A stretch of 64,000 bases of DNA from an uncultured Lachnospiraceae bacterium (GCA_947630695.1 CANRIM010000002.1:1271-65270), one strand, 5' to 3'. Shown: positions 34,768 to 44,823, numbered from the stretch's first letter. Program-made: numbers and translations. The notes: a model not told the origin generated them from the letters alone.

Positions 34768-36558
34768 TTATCCAATAGGCTCAAAATCCTGCGCGCCATG
34801 CTTGCACAGCGGACAGATGAAGTCCTCCGGCAGCGTATCGCCTTCGTAGACATAACCGCAGACCTTGCAGACAAAGCCTTTCTTGCCTTCCGTATCCGGT
34901 TTCGGCTTGACATTGTTCTGATAATAGGTATAGGTCATGGTGTCGAATTTCGAAAGCACTCTGGCTTCGGTAATGCTGCAGATGAACATACCGTGGCTGC
35001 CCAGATCGATATACTGCTCCACCTTCAGTGACATGAAAGCGTTGATATAGCGGGGCAGGAAACGCAGTCCGTTGTCGGAACGCAGCTCCTCATAATCCAC
35101 GAATTTATCCGTGTTGATACCGCTGCGGAAGCCGAAATCTTCAAATACCTTAAAGGGTGCATCCACGGAAATGCAGTTGACGTTCATGATGCCCGTCTGT
35201 TTGATGGTGTGGTGTGAGTAATTCTTCTTATTAATAGTCACTGCCACACGATTCGGGGAATCCGTCACCTGTGCCACGGAATTGACGATCAGGCCGTTGT
35301 CCTTCTTGCCGTCGCTGGAAGTTACCACATACAGACCATAGCCGATTCTGAACAAAGCGGTCAGATCATTTTTATTTGCTGTATCTTCCTTTCTGGAAAG
35401 ATAGTCCTTGCACAGCTCATCGGAAAGCGCGTCAATCTGCGCAATGCTGTCTTCGTTTAACGCCGACAGAATCCGGACCGTCTGATCCGCAAAAGTGATC
35501 TTCTTGCTGTTGGCAAACATCTGCTTCATGACTTTTGCTGCCTGGGGCGCCCAGCTTCCGTTTTCCATGAAGGCCACATAGCGGTTCTGGAAATTGTGCT
35601 CTACCAGATGCTCAATGAATGTCTTCATAAAGGGGAAGACCTCGGCGTTATAGGTGGTGGAGGCCAGCACCAGTTTGCCGTAACGGAAGGCGTCTTCCAC
35701 TGCTTCCGCCATGTCGCAGCGGGCCAGATCGTTGACCACTACCTTCGGGCAGCCCTTGGCTTTCAGCTTGTCAGCCAAAAGATCCACGGCCTTTTTGGTA
35801 TGTCCGTATACAGAAGTATAGGCAATCACAATGCCGTCGCTTTCCACCCCGTAGGAAGACCAGATATTATAAAGGTTCAGATAATATCCCAGATTTTCCG
35901 TCAGAATCGGTCCGTGCAGCGGACAGATCTTTTCGATTTCCAGGGAAGCGGCCTTCTTTAACAGCGCCTGCACCTGTGCGCCGTATTTGCCGACAATGCC
36001 GATATAGTAGCGGCGGGCTTCGCAGGCCCAGTCCTCATCTGCGTCCAGCGCACCGAACTTTCCGAAGCCGTCCGCGGAAAACAGGACTTTATCCAGCGAA
36101 TCGTAGGTAACGATAACCTCCGGCCAGTGTACCATCGGTGCCGTCACGAAAGTCAGTGTATGCGCGCCCAGACTTAAGGTATCGCCCTCGCCTACCACAA
36201 TATTTCTTCCCTCGTAATCCGTACCGAAGAAATGCTGCATCATGGTAAATGCCTTGGCAGAGGAAACGATCTTTGCCTCCGGATAAGTCTGCATAAACTG
36301 ATCGATATTTGCGGAATGATCCGGCTCCATATGCTGCACGATCAGATAATCCGGCGTCCTGCCATTCATCGCATTCTGCAGATTGTCCAGCCATGCATGT
36401 TTAAATCTGGCGTCAACCGTGTCCATAACCGCGATCTTGTCATCCAGAATCACATAGGAATTGTATGCCATGCCATTGGGCACCACATACTGGCCTTCAA
36501 ACAGGTCGATCTCGTGATCATTGACGCCAACATATTTGATAGTTTTCGTAATATCCAT
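34768..36558 (-). CDS. Multidomain flavodiiron protein: metallo-beta-lactamase-like diiron, flavodoxin, flavin-reductase-like and rubredoxin domains
   Basis: VQHMEPDHS diiron motif, a flavodoxin-like segment VIAYTSVYGHTKKA, a flavin reductase-like segment LYVVTSSDGKKDNGLIVNS, and a C-terminal rubredoxin CKVCGYVYEG...CPLCKHG. Confidence 0.75.
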   Translation of the reverse strand: MDITKTIKYVGVNDHEIDLFEGQYVVPNGMAYNSYVILDDKIAVMDTVDARFKHAWLDNLQNAMNGRTPDYLIVQHMEPDHSANIDQFMQTYPEAKIVSSAKAFTMMQHFFGTDYEGRNIVVGEGDTLSLGAHTLTFVTAPMVHWPEVIVTYDSLDKVLFSADGFGKFGALDADEDWACEARRYYIGIVGKYGAQVQALLKKAASLEIEKICPLHGPILTENLGYYLNLYNIWSSYGVESDGIVIAYTSVYGHTKKAVDLLADKLKAKGCPKVVVNDLARCDMAEAVEDAFRYGKLVLASTTYNAEVFPFMKTFIEHLVEHNFQNRYVAFMENGSWAPQAAKVMKQMFANSKKITFADQTVRILSALNEDSIAQIDALSDELCKDYLSRKEDTANKNDLTALFRIGYGLYVVTSSDGKKDNGLIVNSVAQVTDSPNRVAVTINKKNYSHHTIKQTGIMNVNCISVDAPFKVFEDFGFRSGINTDKFVDYEELRSDNGLRFLPRYINAFMSLKVEQYIDLGSHGMFICSITEARVLSKFDTMTYTYYQNNVKPKPDTEGKKGFVCKVCGYVYEGDTLPEDFICPLCKHGAQDFEPIG

Positions 36559-36660
36559 TACTCATACTCCTTTGTCTGAAATCTCTGTTCCCTATTCTAG
36601 CGCAATTTTCCAAAAGATGCAATGGGTGTTTCGTATCTGTTCTTCAGAAATGTAAAAGCT

Positions 36661-36698
36661 AAAAATGCTGCAGCCCCTCAGGATTGCAGCATTTTTTT
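36661..36698 (-). terminator. Intrinsic terminator after the GGGtGRT gene (A5/T7 flanks, possibly bidirectional)
   Basis: AAAAA, then stem ATGCTGCA, a 12-nt loop, TGCAGCAT, then TTTTTTT. Confidence 0.65.
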
Positions 36699-36727
36699 AC
36701 TTTATAATTCTATTGAAAGGAAAATCT

Positions 36728-37738
36728 TCAGAACTTTCCTGCCGCAGCTGCTTCTTCTACCGCCACTGCACATGCTACGGTAGCGCCGACCATCGGGTTG
36801 TTGCCCATACCGATCAGGCCCATCATCTCTACATGCGCCGGAACTGAAGAGGATCCCGCGAACTGTGCATCCGAATGCATACGGCCCATGGTATCCGTCA
36901 TACCATAGGAAGCCGGACCTGCCGCCATGTTATCGGGATGCAGGGTACGGCCTGTGCCGCCGCCCGATGCAACGCTGAAATACTTCTTGCCCTGCTCGAT
37001 GCACTCCTTCTTGTAGGTTCCCGCCACCGGATGCTGGAATCTGGTTGGATTGGTGGAGTTGCCGGTGATGGAAACGTCCACGCCTTCCTTGTGCATGATG
37101 GCAACGCCTTCTCTGACATCATCCGCGCCATAGCAGTTGACTTTGGCTCGCAGCCCGTTGGAGTAGGATTTTCTGTAAACTTCTTTCACTTCGCCGCTGA
37201 AGTAATCCATTTCCGTCTCTACATAAGTAAAGCCGTTGATCCGGGAAATGATCTGTGCAGCGTCTTTGCCGAGGCCGTTTAAGATAACACGAAGGGGTTT
37301 CTTACGAACCTTGTTTGCCTTTTCCGCGATACCGATGGCGCCTTCTGCCGCTGCAAAAGACTCATGGCCTGCCAGAAATGCGAAGCACTCGGTGTCTTCT
37401 TCCAGCAGCATCTTGCCCAGATTGCCATGGCCCAGGCCAACCTTTCTCTGATCGGCAACGGAGCCCGGAATACAGAAAGCCTGCAGTCCTTCGCCGATGG
37501 CAGCCGAAGCATCCGCGGCCTTGCGGCAGTTCTTCTTGATTGCGATTGCACAGCCGACGATGTACGCCCAGCAGGCATTTTCAAAACAAATGGGCTGGAT
37601 TTTCTTCACGGTGTCGTAGATCTCCAGACCTGCGTCCTTCGTGATTTTCTCCGCCTCTTCGATCGATGCGATCCCGTAATTGGCAAGCACCGCATTGATC
37701 TGGTCGATTCTTCTTTCATATGATTCAAATAAAGCCAT
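36728..37738 (-). CDS. GGGtGRT-family protein (conserved, function unknown)
   Basis: 336 aa containing the eponymous SGGGTGRT motif (FSVASGGGTGRTLHP). Confidence 0.75.
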   Translation of the reverse strand: MALFESYERRIDQINAVLANYGIASIEEAEKITKDAGLEIYDTVKKIQPICFENACWAYIVGCAIAIKKNCRKAADASAAIGEGLQAFCIPGSVADQRKVGLGHGNLGKMLLEEDTECFAFLAGHESFAAAEGAIGIAEKANKVRKKPLRVILNGLGKDAAQIISRINGFTYVETEMDYFSGEVKEVYRKSYSNGLRAKVNCYGADDVREGVAIMHKEGVDVSITGNSTNPTRFQHPVAGTYKKECIEQGKKYFSVASGGGTGRTLHPDNMAAGPASYGMTDTMGRMHSDAQFAGSSSVPAHVEMMGLIGMGNNPMVGATVACAVAVEEAAAAGKF

Positions 37739-37813
37739 TGATTAATCCTCCATTCCGCCGTTGACAGGCGTTTTCTAAATATACATGTGAACTGGTTTTC
37801 AGGCGATCCCTCA

Positions 37814-38506
37814 TTATTCCTCTCTCGGATCAATGATCTTCACAGCGTCCGCAACGCGGCCGTACTGTCCTTTTGCCTTTTCCCATGCAGTATTCGGATC
37901 GTCGCCCTTCTTGATGAAATCCGTCATCTTTCCGAGGCTGACATACTGGTAACCGATGATCTCATCGTTTTCATCCAGCGCGATGCCTGTGACATAACCT
38001 TCCGCCATCTCCAGATAACGGGGGCCTTTCTTTAATGTACCATACATCGTACCCACCTGAGAACGAAGACCCTTGCCAAGATCCTCCAGACCTGCGCCTA
38101 CCGCCAGTCCGTTTTCGGAAAATGCGCTCTGGGTTCTGCCGTAAATGATCTGCAGCGCAAGTTCACGCATGGCCGTATTGATGGCGTCGCAGACCAGGTC
38201 GGTATTCATGGCTTCCAGCACGGTCTTTCCCGGAAGGATCTCACTCGCCATAGCAGCGGAATGGGTCATACCGGAACAGCCGATGGTTTCTACCAATGCT
38301 TCCTGAATAATACCGTCTTTTACATTCAGGGACAGCTTGCAGGCGCCCTGCTGCGGCGCGCACCAGCCGATTCCATGTGTAAAGCCGTTGATCTCTTTGA
38401 TTTCTTTCACCTTGGTCCATGCACCTTCCTGAGGGATGGGCGCAGGTTCATGCTTTGCACCTTTTGCTACGGTGCACATTTTTTCAACTTCCTGTGTATA
38501 AATCAT
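37814..38506 (-). CDS. NifU/IscU-like scaffold-domain protein with a C-terminal extension
   Basis: An N-terminal CKLSLNVKDGIIQEALVETIGCSGMTHSAAMASE region resembles the NifU N-terminal domain (Cys ligand contexts). It is paired with the GGGtGRT gene. Confidence 0.5.
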   Translation of the reverse strand: MIYTQEVEKMCTVAKGAKHEPAPIPQEGAWTKVKEIKEINGFTHGIGWCAPQQGACKLSLNVKDGIIQEALVETIGCSGMTHSAAMASEILPGKTVLEAMNTDLVCDAINTAMRELALQIIYGRTQSAFSENGLAVGAGLEDLGKGLRSQVGTMYGTLKKGPRYLEMAEGYVTGIALDENDEIIGYQYVSLGKMTDFIKKGDDPNTAWEKAKGQYGRVADAVKIIDPREE

Positions 38507-38586
38507 ATTGATACTCCTTTCGACTAATACTGCTTCTTATTTTCGCACATACCGGAAAAATAAACAAGTCCCAACGACAATTTTAT

Positions 38587-39828
38587 TTAAAGTCTTATGA
38601 TTTTTTCTCCGATGACATTCTCCAGTTCCACCTGTTTCATCGTCACCTGCTCCGTGTTTTTAAATACAAATCCGGCGGCGGACATGGGGTCGATGCCGGC
38701 CATCATCGCAGGAATCTCCGGCGCGGCGTCCTGCCGCATGGAAACAGTACAGTCTTCCATGGTAATGCCGCTGATCTTCTGCTCCGGCAGTCCCGCAAAG
38801 ATACCGGCGCAGGACCTGGCGTCCTCCACCTGCACATGGGAAATCACAATGTCGCTCAAAGAAGGCGTCCCTTCGTCCACCGGCGCCGGCGCAGGATCGG
38901 AAACCCAGGGTTCCCTCCCCAGCTTGCCACAGAAATAAAACATATTAAATACAAAGGGACACATGACATTTTTCATCCGGATCTGTTCAAAGCGGATATC
39001 GCTGACCACGCCGCCCCGTCTTCTGCGGGTTTTGTAGCGGATGCCCCGATCCGTGTCTTCAAAGACGCAGTTTCGCACCGTCACATGGGCAATGCCGCCG
39101 GAAGACTCGCTGCCCAGGACCACGCCGCCGTGGCCGTGTACCATATGGCAGTCCTCAATCAGAATATCCTCGCAGGATCTTAAAGTGTCGTTTTGCTCCA
39201 CCCCGGATTTGATGGCGATGCAGTCGTCTCCCACATCGATCTGGCAGCCCCTGATCAGTACGTTTCTGCAGCTGTCCGGATTGATGCCGTCGGTATTGGG
39301 ACTGTCCGCCGGATTTTTGATCTTAATGCCGATCACCCGCACCGAATCGCACCAGTAGGGATGTACGGTCCAGCAGGGGGAATCGATCAAAGTCACATCC
39401 TTGATCAAAACCTCGGAACAGGCTTCAAAATATAGCAGCCGGGGCCGCATGACGGAAAGTTCTCCGTCCCGCAGCGCCTTCCACCACTTCTGTCCATTGC
39501 CCCGGATGACGCCCTTTCCTTCCACGGATACGGACGCCTCGTCCTTTGCGTAAATAAACGGCTGGTACATATCGCAGAAAACGCCTTCAAAACTGCCGCG
39601 GATCACCGGATAGCGGGAAAAATCATCTATAAATGAAATCTCACTTCCCTTTTCCAGATACAGCGTCATATTGGACGTCAGGCATATGCCCGCGCATTTG
39701 TAAACTCCGGGCGTCACCCGCAAAGTGCCGCCCCCGGCCTCTTTCAGCTCCTCTACTGCCTTTTCGAAACATTCCGTCCAGTCGTCCTTGAAGACGTAAT
39801 TCCGATAATCCGTAATCTTTACATCCAT
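38587..39828 (-). CDS. Glycoside hydrolase family 28 (polygalacturonase-like)
   Basis: NTDGINPDSC, GDDCIAIKSG, HGHGGVVLGSE and RYKT, the canonical GH28 motifs. Confidence 0.85.
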   Translation of the reverse strand: MDVKITDYRNYVFKDDWTECFEKAVEELKEAGGGTLRVTPGVYKCAGICLTSNMTLYLEKGSEISFIDDFSRYPVIRGSFEGVFCDMYQPFIYAKDEASVSVEGKGVIRGNGQKWWKALRDGELSVMRPRLLYFEACSEVLIKDVTLIDSPCWTVHPYWCDSVRVIGIKIKNPADSPNTDGINPDSCRNVLIRGCQIDVGDDCIAIKSGVEQNDTLRSCEDILIEDCHMVHGHGGVVLGSESSGGIAHVTVRNCVFEDTDRGIRYKTRRRRGGVVSDIRFEQIRMKNVMCPFVFNMFYFCGKLGREPWVSDPAPAPVDEGTPSLSDIVISHVQVEDARSCAGIFAGLPEQKISGITMEDCTVSMRQDAAPEIPAMMAGIDPMSAAGFVFKNTEQVTMKQVELENVIGEKIIRL

Positions 39829-39902
39829 CTTGAAAAAGCCTCCTTACTCTTTAAGGTAACGGCACGCGCGCCCCAAAAAGCGCACCTGCCACCTTTCTCC
39901 TC

Positions 39903-41510
39903 CTAAACAGTCTGCTGCACCGTCCCGACTTCGCTTAACATGAGGCCTTCATTTCGCTCCAGCGTCATGCCCACGCTCCAAGCATTGATAAACAGCAGCA
40001 AATACCTTCCTTTGAAATCCTGCACCTTCTTCATATCGGAAGTGCCGGTAATGGATTCGATATCGATATCCGTATTTTCTACCCAGCGAATATGCTCGTA
40101 GGGCAGCCGTTCCATAATAATATCCACGTTATATTCATTTTTCAGGCGAAATTCCAGCACGTCAAACTGCAGGACGCCCACCACGCCGACGATGACTTCC
40201 TCCATACCCGAATTGATTTCATGGAAGATCTGCACGGCGCCCTCCTGGGCAATCTGCAGGATTCCTTTCATAAAGGCCTTCCGCTTCATGGTGTCCACCT
40301 GCCGGACCCTGGCAAAATGCTCCGGCGCAAAGGTGGGGATCCCTTCAAAGGCAAAATGGCTGCCCGGGGCGCATACGGTATCGCCGATGGAGAAAATGCC
40401 CGGATCAAAAATGCCGATGATATCTCCCGCGTAGGCCTTGTCAATCACATGCCGCTCCGACGCCATCATCTGCTGCGGCTGCAGCAGGCGCATTTTCTTG
40501 CCGCCCTGCACATGGAAGACTTCCTTGTCCGCTTCGAAGCAGCCCGAGCAGACCCGCATAAAGGCCACCCGGTCCCGGTGGGATTTGTTCATATTGGCCT
40601 GAATCTTAAAGACAAAGGCGCTGAAGGTATCGGAAAGGGCGTCGATACTTCCCTCATCCGACATTCTGGACAGCGGCGCGCTGGTCATTTTCAGAAAATG
40701 CTCCAGAAAGGTCTGCACGCCGAAATTGGTCAGCGCCGAACCGAAAAATACCGGAGACAGACGTCCCTGATCCACCGCCGTCTGGTCAAAGGCGGTGCCG
40801 GCGCCTTCCAGCAGTTCGATTTCCGAACGGAGGTTGTCCGCAGGGCCGGCGCCAAGCATATCGTCCAGCGCCGCATCCTCCAGATCGATGCGTAAGGTTT
40901 CCCCTTCTTTCGTGCCCCGCATGGTATCGGAAAATTTCAGGATCTGCCGGCTTTCCCGGTCATACACCCCTTGAAATGCCTTGCCGGAGCCGATGGGCCA
41001 GTTCACCGGACAGGTAGCGATCCCCAGTTCATTTTCAATATCATCCAGCAGCTCAAAGGAATCCAGCGCGTCCCGGTCCATCTTGTTGATAAAGGTAAAG
41101 ATGGGAATATGCCGCATGACGCAGACTTTAAACAGCTTCCGGGTCTGGGCCTCCACGCCCTTGGACGCATCGATGACCATGACCGCGGAATCCGCCGCCA
41201 TCAGGGTACGGTAGGTATCCTCCGAGAAATCCTGATGCCCCGGCGTGTCCAGAATATTGATGCAGTACCCGTCATAGGGAAACTGCAGTACCGAGGAGGT
41301 GACGGAAATGCCTCGTTCCTTTTCGATGTCCATCCAGTCAGACACCGCATGTCTTGCAGTCGCCTTGCCCTTCACCGAGCCCGCCAGATTGATGGCGCCG
41401 CCGTAAAGCAGAAACTTTTCCGTCAGCGTCGTTTTTCCGGCGTCCGGGTGTGATATGATTGCAAAGGTTCGTCTTCGTTTGATTTCTTCCTGTAACGTTG
41501 TTGATGCCAC
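39903..41510 (-). CDS. prfC: Peptide chain release factor 3
   Basis: RRTFAIISHPDAGKTTLTEKFLLYGGAI and DTPGHQDF GTPase motifs. The 535-aa size matches RF3. Confidence 0.9.
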   Translation of the reverse strand: MASTTLQEEIKRRRTFAIISHPDAGKTTLTEKFLLYGGAINLAGSVKGKATARHAVSDWMDIEKERGISVTSSVLQFPYDGYCINILDTPGHQDFSEDTYRTLMAADSAVMVIDASKGVEAQTRKLFKVCVMRHIPIFTFINKMDRDALDSFELLDDIENELGIATCPVNWPIGSGKAFQGVYDRESRQILKFSDTMRGTKEGETLRIDLEDAALDDMLGAGPADNLRSEIELLEGAGTAFDQTAVDQGRLSPVFFGSALTNFGVQTFLEHFLKMTSAPLSRMSDEGSIDALSDTFSAFVFKIQANMNKSHRDRVAFMRVCSGCFEADKEVFHVQGGKKMRLLQPQQMMASERHVIDKAYAGDIIGIFDPGIFSIGDTVCAPGSHFAFEGIPTFAPEHFARVRQVDTMKRKAFMKGILQIAQEGAVQIFHEINSGMEEVIVGVVGVLQFDVLEFRLKNEYNVDIIMERLPYEHIRWVENTDIDIESITGTSDMKKVQDFKGRYLLLFINAWSVGMTLERNEGLMLSEVGTVQQTV

Positions 41511-42436
41511 TATCCCAAAACTTCCTTCTTAAAATAATGATACAGCCGGTGCAGCTCCTCTACCTCCACCTTTCGGCTGACGGTCAGCTCACTGGCGTCT
41601 CTGGTTCTGGACAGCAGTTCCATGGGCACGCCTTCCAGATTCATATGGTATTTGGCGTTCACCGGGTAGCACTGGCATTCGATGACGGAGGCCAGCCCCA
41701 GGAAATCCTGTACCAGCTTCGCCTTTTCAGGCGCTTTTTCATAGTTTTCGCAAAGCCATACATACAGATCCGCATGGAAATTGGCCATGACCCCGGAAAA
41801 TCCCGCGCAACCCATCTGCAGGGTCTCTAGCAGCGTTGCGGCGTTTGCATTGAAAATCTTCAGATTGCTGCCTTTGACCGCCTCCAGCTTTGCTTTGATC
41901 AGCGCAGGATCGCAGCAGGTATCCTTCAGGAAGGAAAACCGCCCCGTCTGTGCGCACATTTTTAAGTTTTCCGGAGTCAGCACCCTTTTATACGGATACG
42001 GACATTCGTAAATGCCGAAGGAATCTCCGGGAATCGCGTCGATGAGCGCCTCGATGTTGCGCTCCACCGCATCCGGTCCCTCGTCTTCCGCGGCAAACTG
42101 ATTCGAAATAAATACATAGGAAGAAATACCGGTATCCAGAATGGCCTTGGCTTCCTCGATCTGATCCTTCCTGCTTTTCGCTACGTGTCCCGAAGCAATG
42201 ACCTGGATGTGCTTCGGCGTGTTTTTGACCACGAAATCCGCCAGCGCAAGCCGTTCCTTTTTGTCCAGGAAAAACATTTCCGAAGACTGGCACACCGCAA
42301 AGATACCGGCGACGCCCTGTTTGTCATACCATTCGATAATACGCAGCACCGCGTCATAATCGATTTTGTTGTCTTTTGTATACGGCGTAATCATGGTAGG
42401 CCATACGCCGTTTGCGATATTTTTCATACAATCCAA
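41510..42436 (-). CDS. DapA/N-acetylneuraminate-lyase family (class I aldolase) protein
   Basis: 308 aa with an N-terminal GVWPTMITPYTKDNKIDYDAVLRIIEWYDKQGVAGIF region typical of the DHDPS family fold. The usual GTTGE motif is replaced by CQSSE, so the substrate is unclear. Confidence 0.55.
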   Translation of the reverse strand: MDCMKNIANGVWPTMITPYTKDNKIDYDAVLRIIEWYDKQGVAGIFAVCQSSEMFFLDKKERLALADFVVKNTPKHIQVIASGHVAKSRKDQIEEAKAILDTGISSYVFISNQFAAEDEGPDAVERNIEALIDAIPGDSFGIYECPYPYKRVLTPENLKMCAQTGRFSFLKDTCCDPALIKAKLEAVKGSNLKIFNANAATLLETLQMGCAGFSGVMANFHADLYVWLCENYEKAPEKAKLVQDFLGLASVIECQCYPVNAKYHMNLEGVPMELLSRTRDASELTVSRKVEVEELHRLYHYFKKEVLG

Positions 42437-42622
42437 CCTCTTTTTCTGTAGTCTTTATAACCTTCGTTCATATTAATAAAATCCAAAGTAAGATTCAAGT
42501 ATAAAAGTGCTCGAAAATGACTTTTTTTCGTTGATATTTACCGTTGATTCGTTGAGCGTTTTGATGTATAACAGAGCGTAGGACTTTTTATCTGATTTTT
42601 ATCTGAAAGGGTATAGTGATTT

Positions 42623-43549
42623 ATGTTTGATTTGCTCTCAGACATCGTCGGATCCGGCCATGTACGAAAGAATGAACCTCTGTCACGCCACACCAGCTTT
42701 CAGATCGGCGGTCCCTGCGATTATTTTGTGCTTCCCCATACCGCGGAAGAGATACAGCAGCTGATCCGCCTCTGTCAAAAATCAAATATTCCTTTTTTTA
42801 TATTGGGAAACGGCTCCAATCTGCTGGTCAGCGATGCAGGCTTTCGCGGAGTGGTGATCCATATCGGTGATCAGTTTGCCGAAGTTGCCGTTTCCGGACA
42901 AAATATGCACTGTAAAGCAGGCACAAGACTCACCGCCCTTTCCAGACTGGCCTGTCAGCACGGCCTGTCCGGACTTGAATTTGCGGCCGGGATTCCCGGT
43001 ACTGCAGGAGGCGGCATCATTATGAACGCAGGTGCCTACGGCGGAGAGATCTGTCAGGTACTGCAAAGTGTCCTGCTGATGGATGAAACCGGCACAGTCT
43101 TCTCCTGTGAAACAGCGGATCTGGAACTTGGCTACCGCAGTTCCCTGCCTGCCAAAAAAGGCTGGATTGTACTGGAAGCCGACTTTCGTCTGGCACAGGA
43201 TGATCCTGATATAATTACGGCACGCATGCAGGAATTCAATCGCAGAAGACGTGAAAAACAGCCGCTGGAATTTCCAAGCGCCGGTTCCACTTTCAAACGG
43301 CCGGAAGGATACTTCGCCGGAAAGCTGATCGCAGATGCGGGTTTAAGCGGCAGACGCGTCGGCGGTGCCTGTGTCAGTCCGAAACACAACGGCTTTGTCA
43401 TCAATACAGGCGGCGCAACGGCTGCAGATGTGCTGACGCTGATCCGCGAAGTGCGGCAGTGTGTATATGATCGTTTTTCTGTGGAACTGATGCCTGAAGT
43501 CAGATTTCTGGGATTTGATGCGCCGGAAACTGCCGGCCTGATTTCTTAA
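42623..43549 (+). CDS. murB: UDP-N-acetylenolpyruvoylglucosamine reductase
   Basis: LSRHTSFQIGGPCDYFV, ILGNGSNLL and GSTFKRP motifs of MurB. Confidence 0.9.
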   Translation: MFDLLSDIVGSGHVRKNEPLSRHTSFQIGGPCDYFVLPHTAEEIQQLIRLCQKSNIPFFILGNGSNLLVSDAGFRGVVIHIGDQFAEVAVSGQNMHCKAGTRLTALSRLACQHGLSGLEFAAGIPGTAGGGIIMNAGAYGGEICQVLQSVLLMDETGTVFSCETADLELGYRSSLPAKKGWIVLEADFRLAQDDPDIITARMQEFNRRRREKQPLEFPSAGSTFKRPEGYFAGKLIADAGLSGRRVGGACVSPKHNGFVINTGGATAADVLTLIREVRQCVYDRFSVELMPEVRFLGFDAPETAGLIS

Positions 43550-43559
43550 AGTCGCCACA

Positions 43560-44555
43560 ATGAATGAACATAAAACTTTTTCTTCTTCCGTAAAGGCAGA
43601 GCTTTCCAAACTCTCTTCCAGGAACCGCAAAGCGGATCTGGCGGAGATTGCGGCCTATCTGATTTACTTTGGAAGGCTGTTTTCCCGATACGGACACAGA
43701 CTGATCTATTTTGAAACAGAAAATGCCTTTGCGGCAAAACGCTGCGCGTCTTTATTAAAAAAAGTATTCCGCATTACGCCGGAAACCGGTTTTATGCAGT
43801 TCCGGGGCAAAGAACGGACCGGACGCGTAAACGTTCTCTACGGGGTCCTGATTCGTGACCCGAAGGAGGCAGACGCCGTATATACTGCGCTGGGCAGTCC
43901 TGCAACGGATGAAAGCGGACGGCCGGTTGATCCCTATGTTTCACCTGCACTGATTTCTCAACCGACATGCAAAAGAGCGTTTCTGCGGGCCGTATTTATT
44001 TCGGCGGGAAATGTTTCCAACCCCAGACGTTCCTATCACTTTGAACTTTATGCAGACGACAGCCGTCTGTCCTCGCTTTATGCCGCGCTGCTGGCGGATT
44101 TGGGTATTCCGGGCAAGGTCCTGCAGCGAAAAAACAGTTTTGTGCTTTACATCAAAGAAGCCGACCGGATCAGCGATATGCTGGGACTTATGGGGGCTTC
44201 GACGTCGCTGATGGAATTTGAGAATATCCGGATTCTCCATGATATTGCCGGTGCGGTCAACCGCAGAAGCAACTGTGAATTTGCCAACATCAAAAAAACC
44301 GTCTCCGCCTCTTCCAGGCAGGCAGACGATATTCGCTATATACAGTCCTGCCACAAGTTCCATCTCCTTCCGGAGGGACTGGCGGAGCTGGCAAGGCTCC
44401 GGCTGGAATATGACGATATTCCGCTGAAGGAACTGGGCGAAATGCTCAATCCTCCCTTAAGCAAGTCGGGAGTTAATCATAGAATGAGAAAGATTGCGGA
44501 ATTAGCGGATACGCTCCGTAATGAGAATCAGAAAAAATCCAACAAAGAGGAGTAA
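43560..44555 (+). CDS. whiA: DNA-binding protein WhiA
   Basis: N-terminal SSSVKAELSK, an LAGLIDADG-like core (RAFLRAVFISAGNVSNPRRSYHFEL) and a C-terminal HTH (SKSGVNHRMRKI). Confidence 0.9.
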   Translation: MNEHKTFSSSVKAELSKLSSRNRKADLAEIAAYLIYFGRLFSRYGHRLIYFETENAFAAKRCASLLKKVFRITPETGFMQFRGKERTGRVNVLYGVLIRDPKEADAVYTALGSPATDESGRPVDPYVSPALISQPTCKRAFLRAVFISAGNVSNPRRSYHFELYADDSRLSSLYAALLADLGIPGKVLQRKNSFVLYIKEADRISDMLGLMGASTSLMEFENIRILHDIAGAVNRRSNCEFANIKKTVSASSRQADDIRYIQSCHKFHLLPEGLAELARLRLEYDDIPLKELGEMLNPPLSKSGVNHRMRKIAELADTLRNENQKKSNKEE

Positions 44556-44560
44556 CTATT

Positions 44561-44821
44561 ATGACTTACAAACCAATCTCATTGGAACGGTACAAAGATC
44601 TGAAGGAGGCCAGGCCCATTGCGCTTCTGGTACAGGTGGCAAGCCAGTTTGAAAGTTCCATCTACATTGAATCCGAAACACAGCGGATCAATGCCAAAAG
44701 CATTATGGGAATGATGTCTCTGGGGCTCTTAAAAGACCAGAAACTCACCATTTCCGCAGACGGCCCCGATGAAAAGGAAGCCATCGACAAAATAGACGAG
44801 TATCTTTCAAAAGAGATGTAA
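44561..44821 (+). CDS. HPr-like protein of the Crh type (Ser46 site present; Glu at the His15 position)
   Basis: The 86-aa protein aligns by eye to HPr. LKEARPIALLVQVASQF aligns with GIHARPATVLVQTASKY, and INAKSIMGMMSLG retains the Ser46 context. Its position after whiA matches B. subtilis crh. Confidence 0.7.
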   Translation: MTYKPISLERYKDLKEARPIALLVQVASQFESSIYIESETQRINAKSIMGMMSLGLLKDQKLTISADGPDEKEAIDKIDEYLSKEM

Positions 44822-44823
44822 TT

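Noticed and set aside
34571-35031. Plus-strand ORFs of 92 and 111 aa downstream of mod
   Set aside because: They span the bidirectional terminator or lie antisense to the well-supported flavodiiron gene. They have no RBS and no motif.
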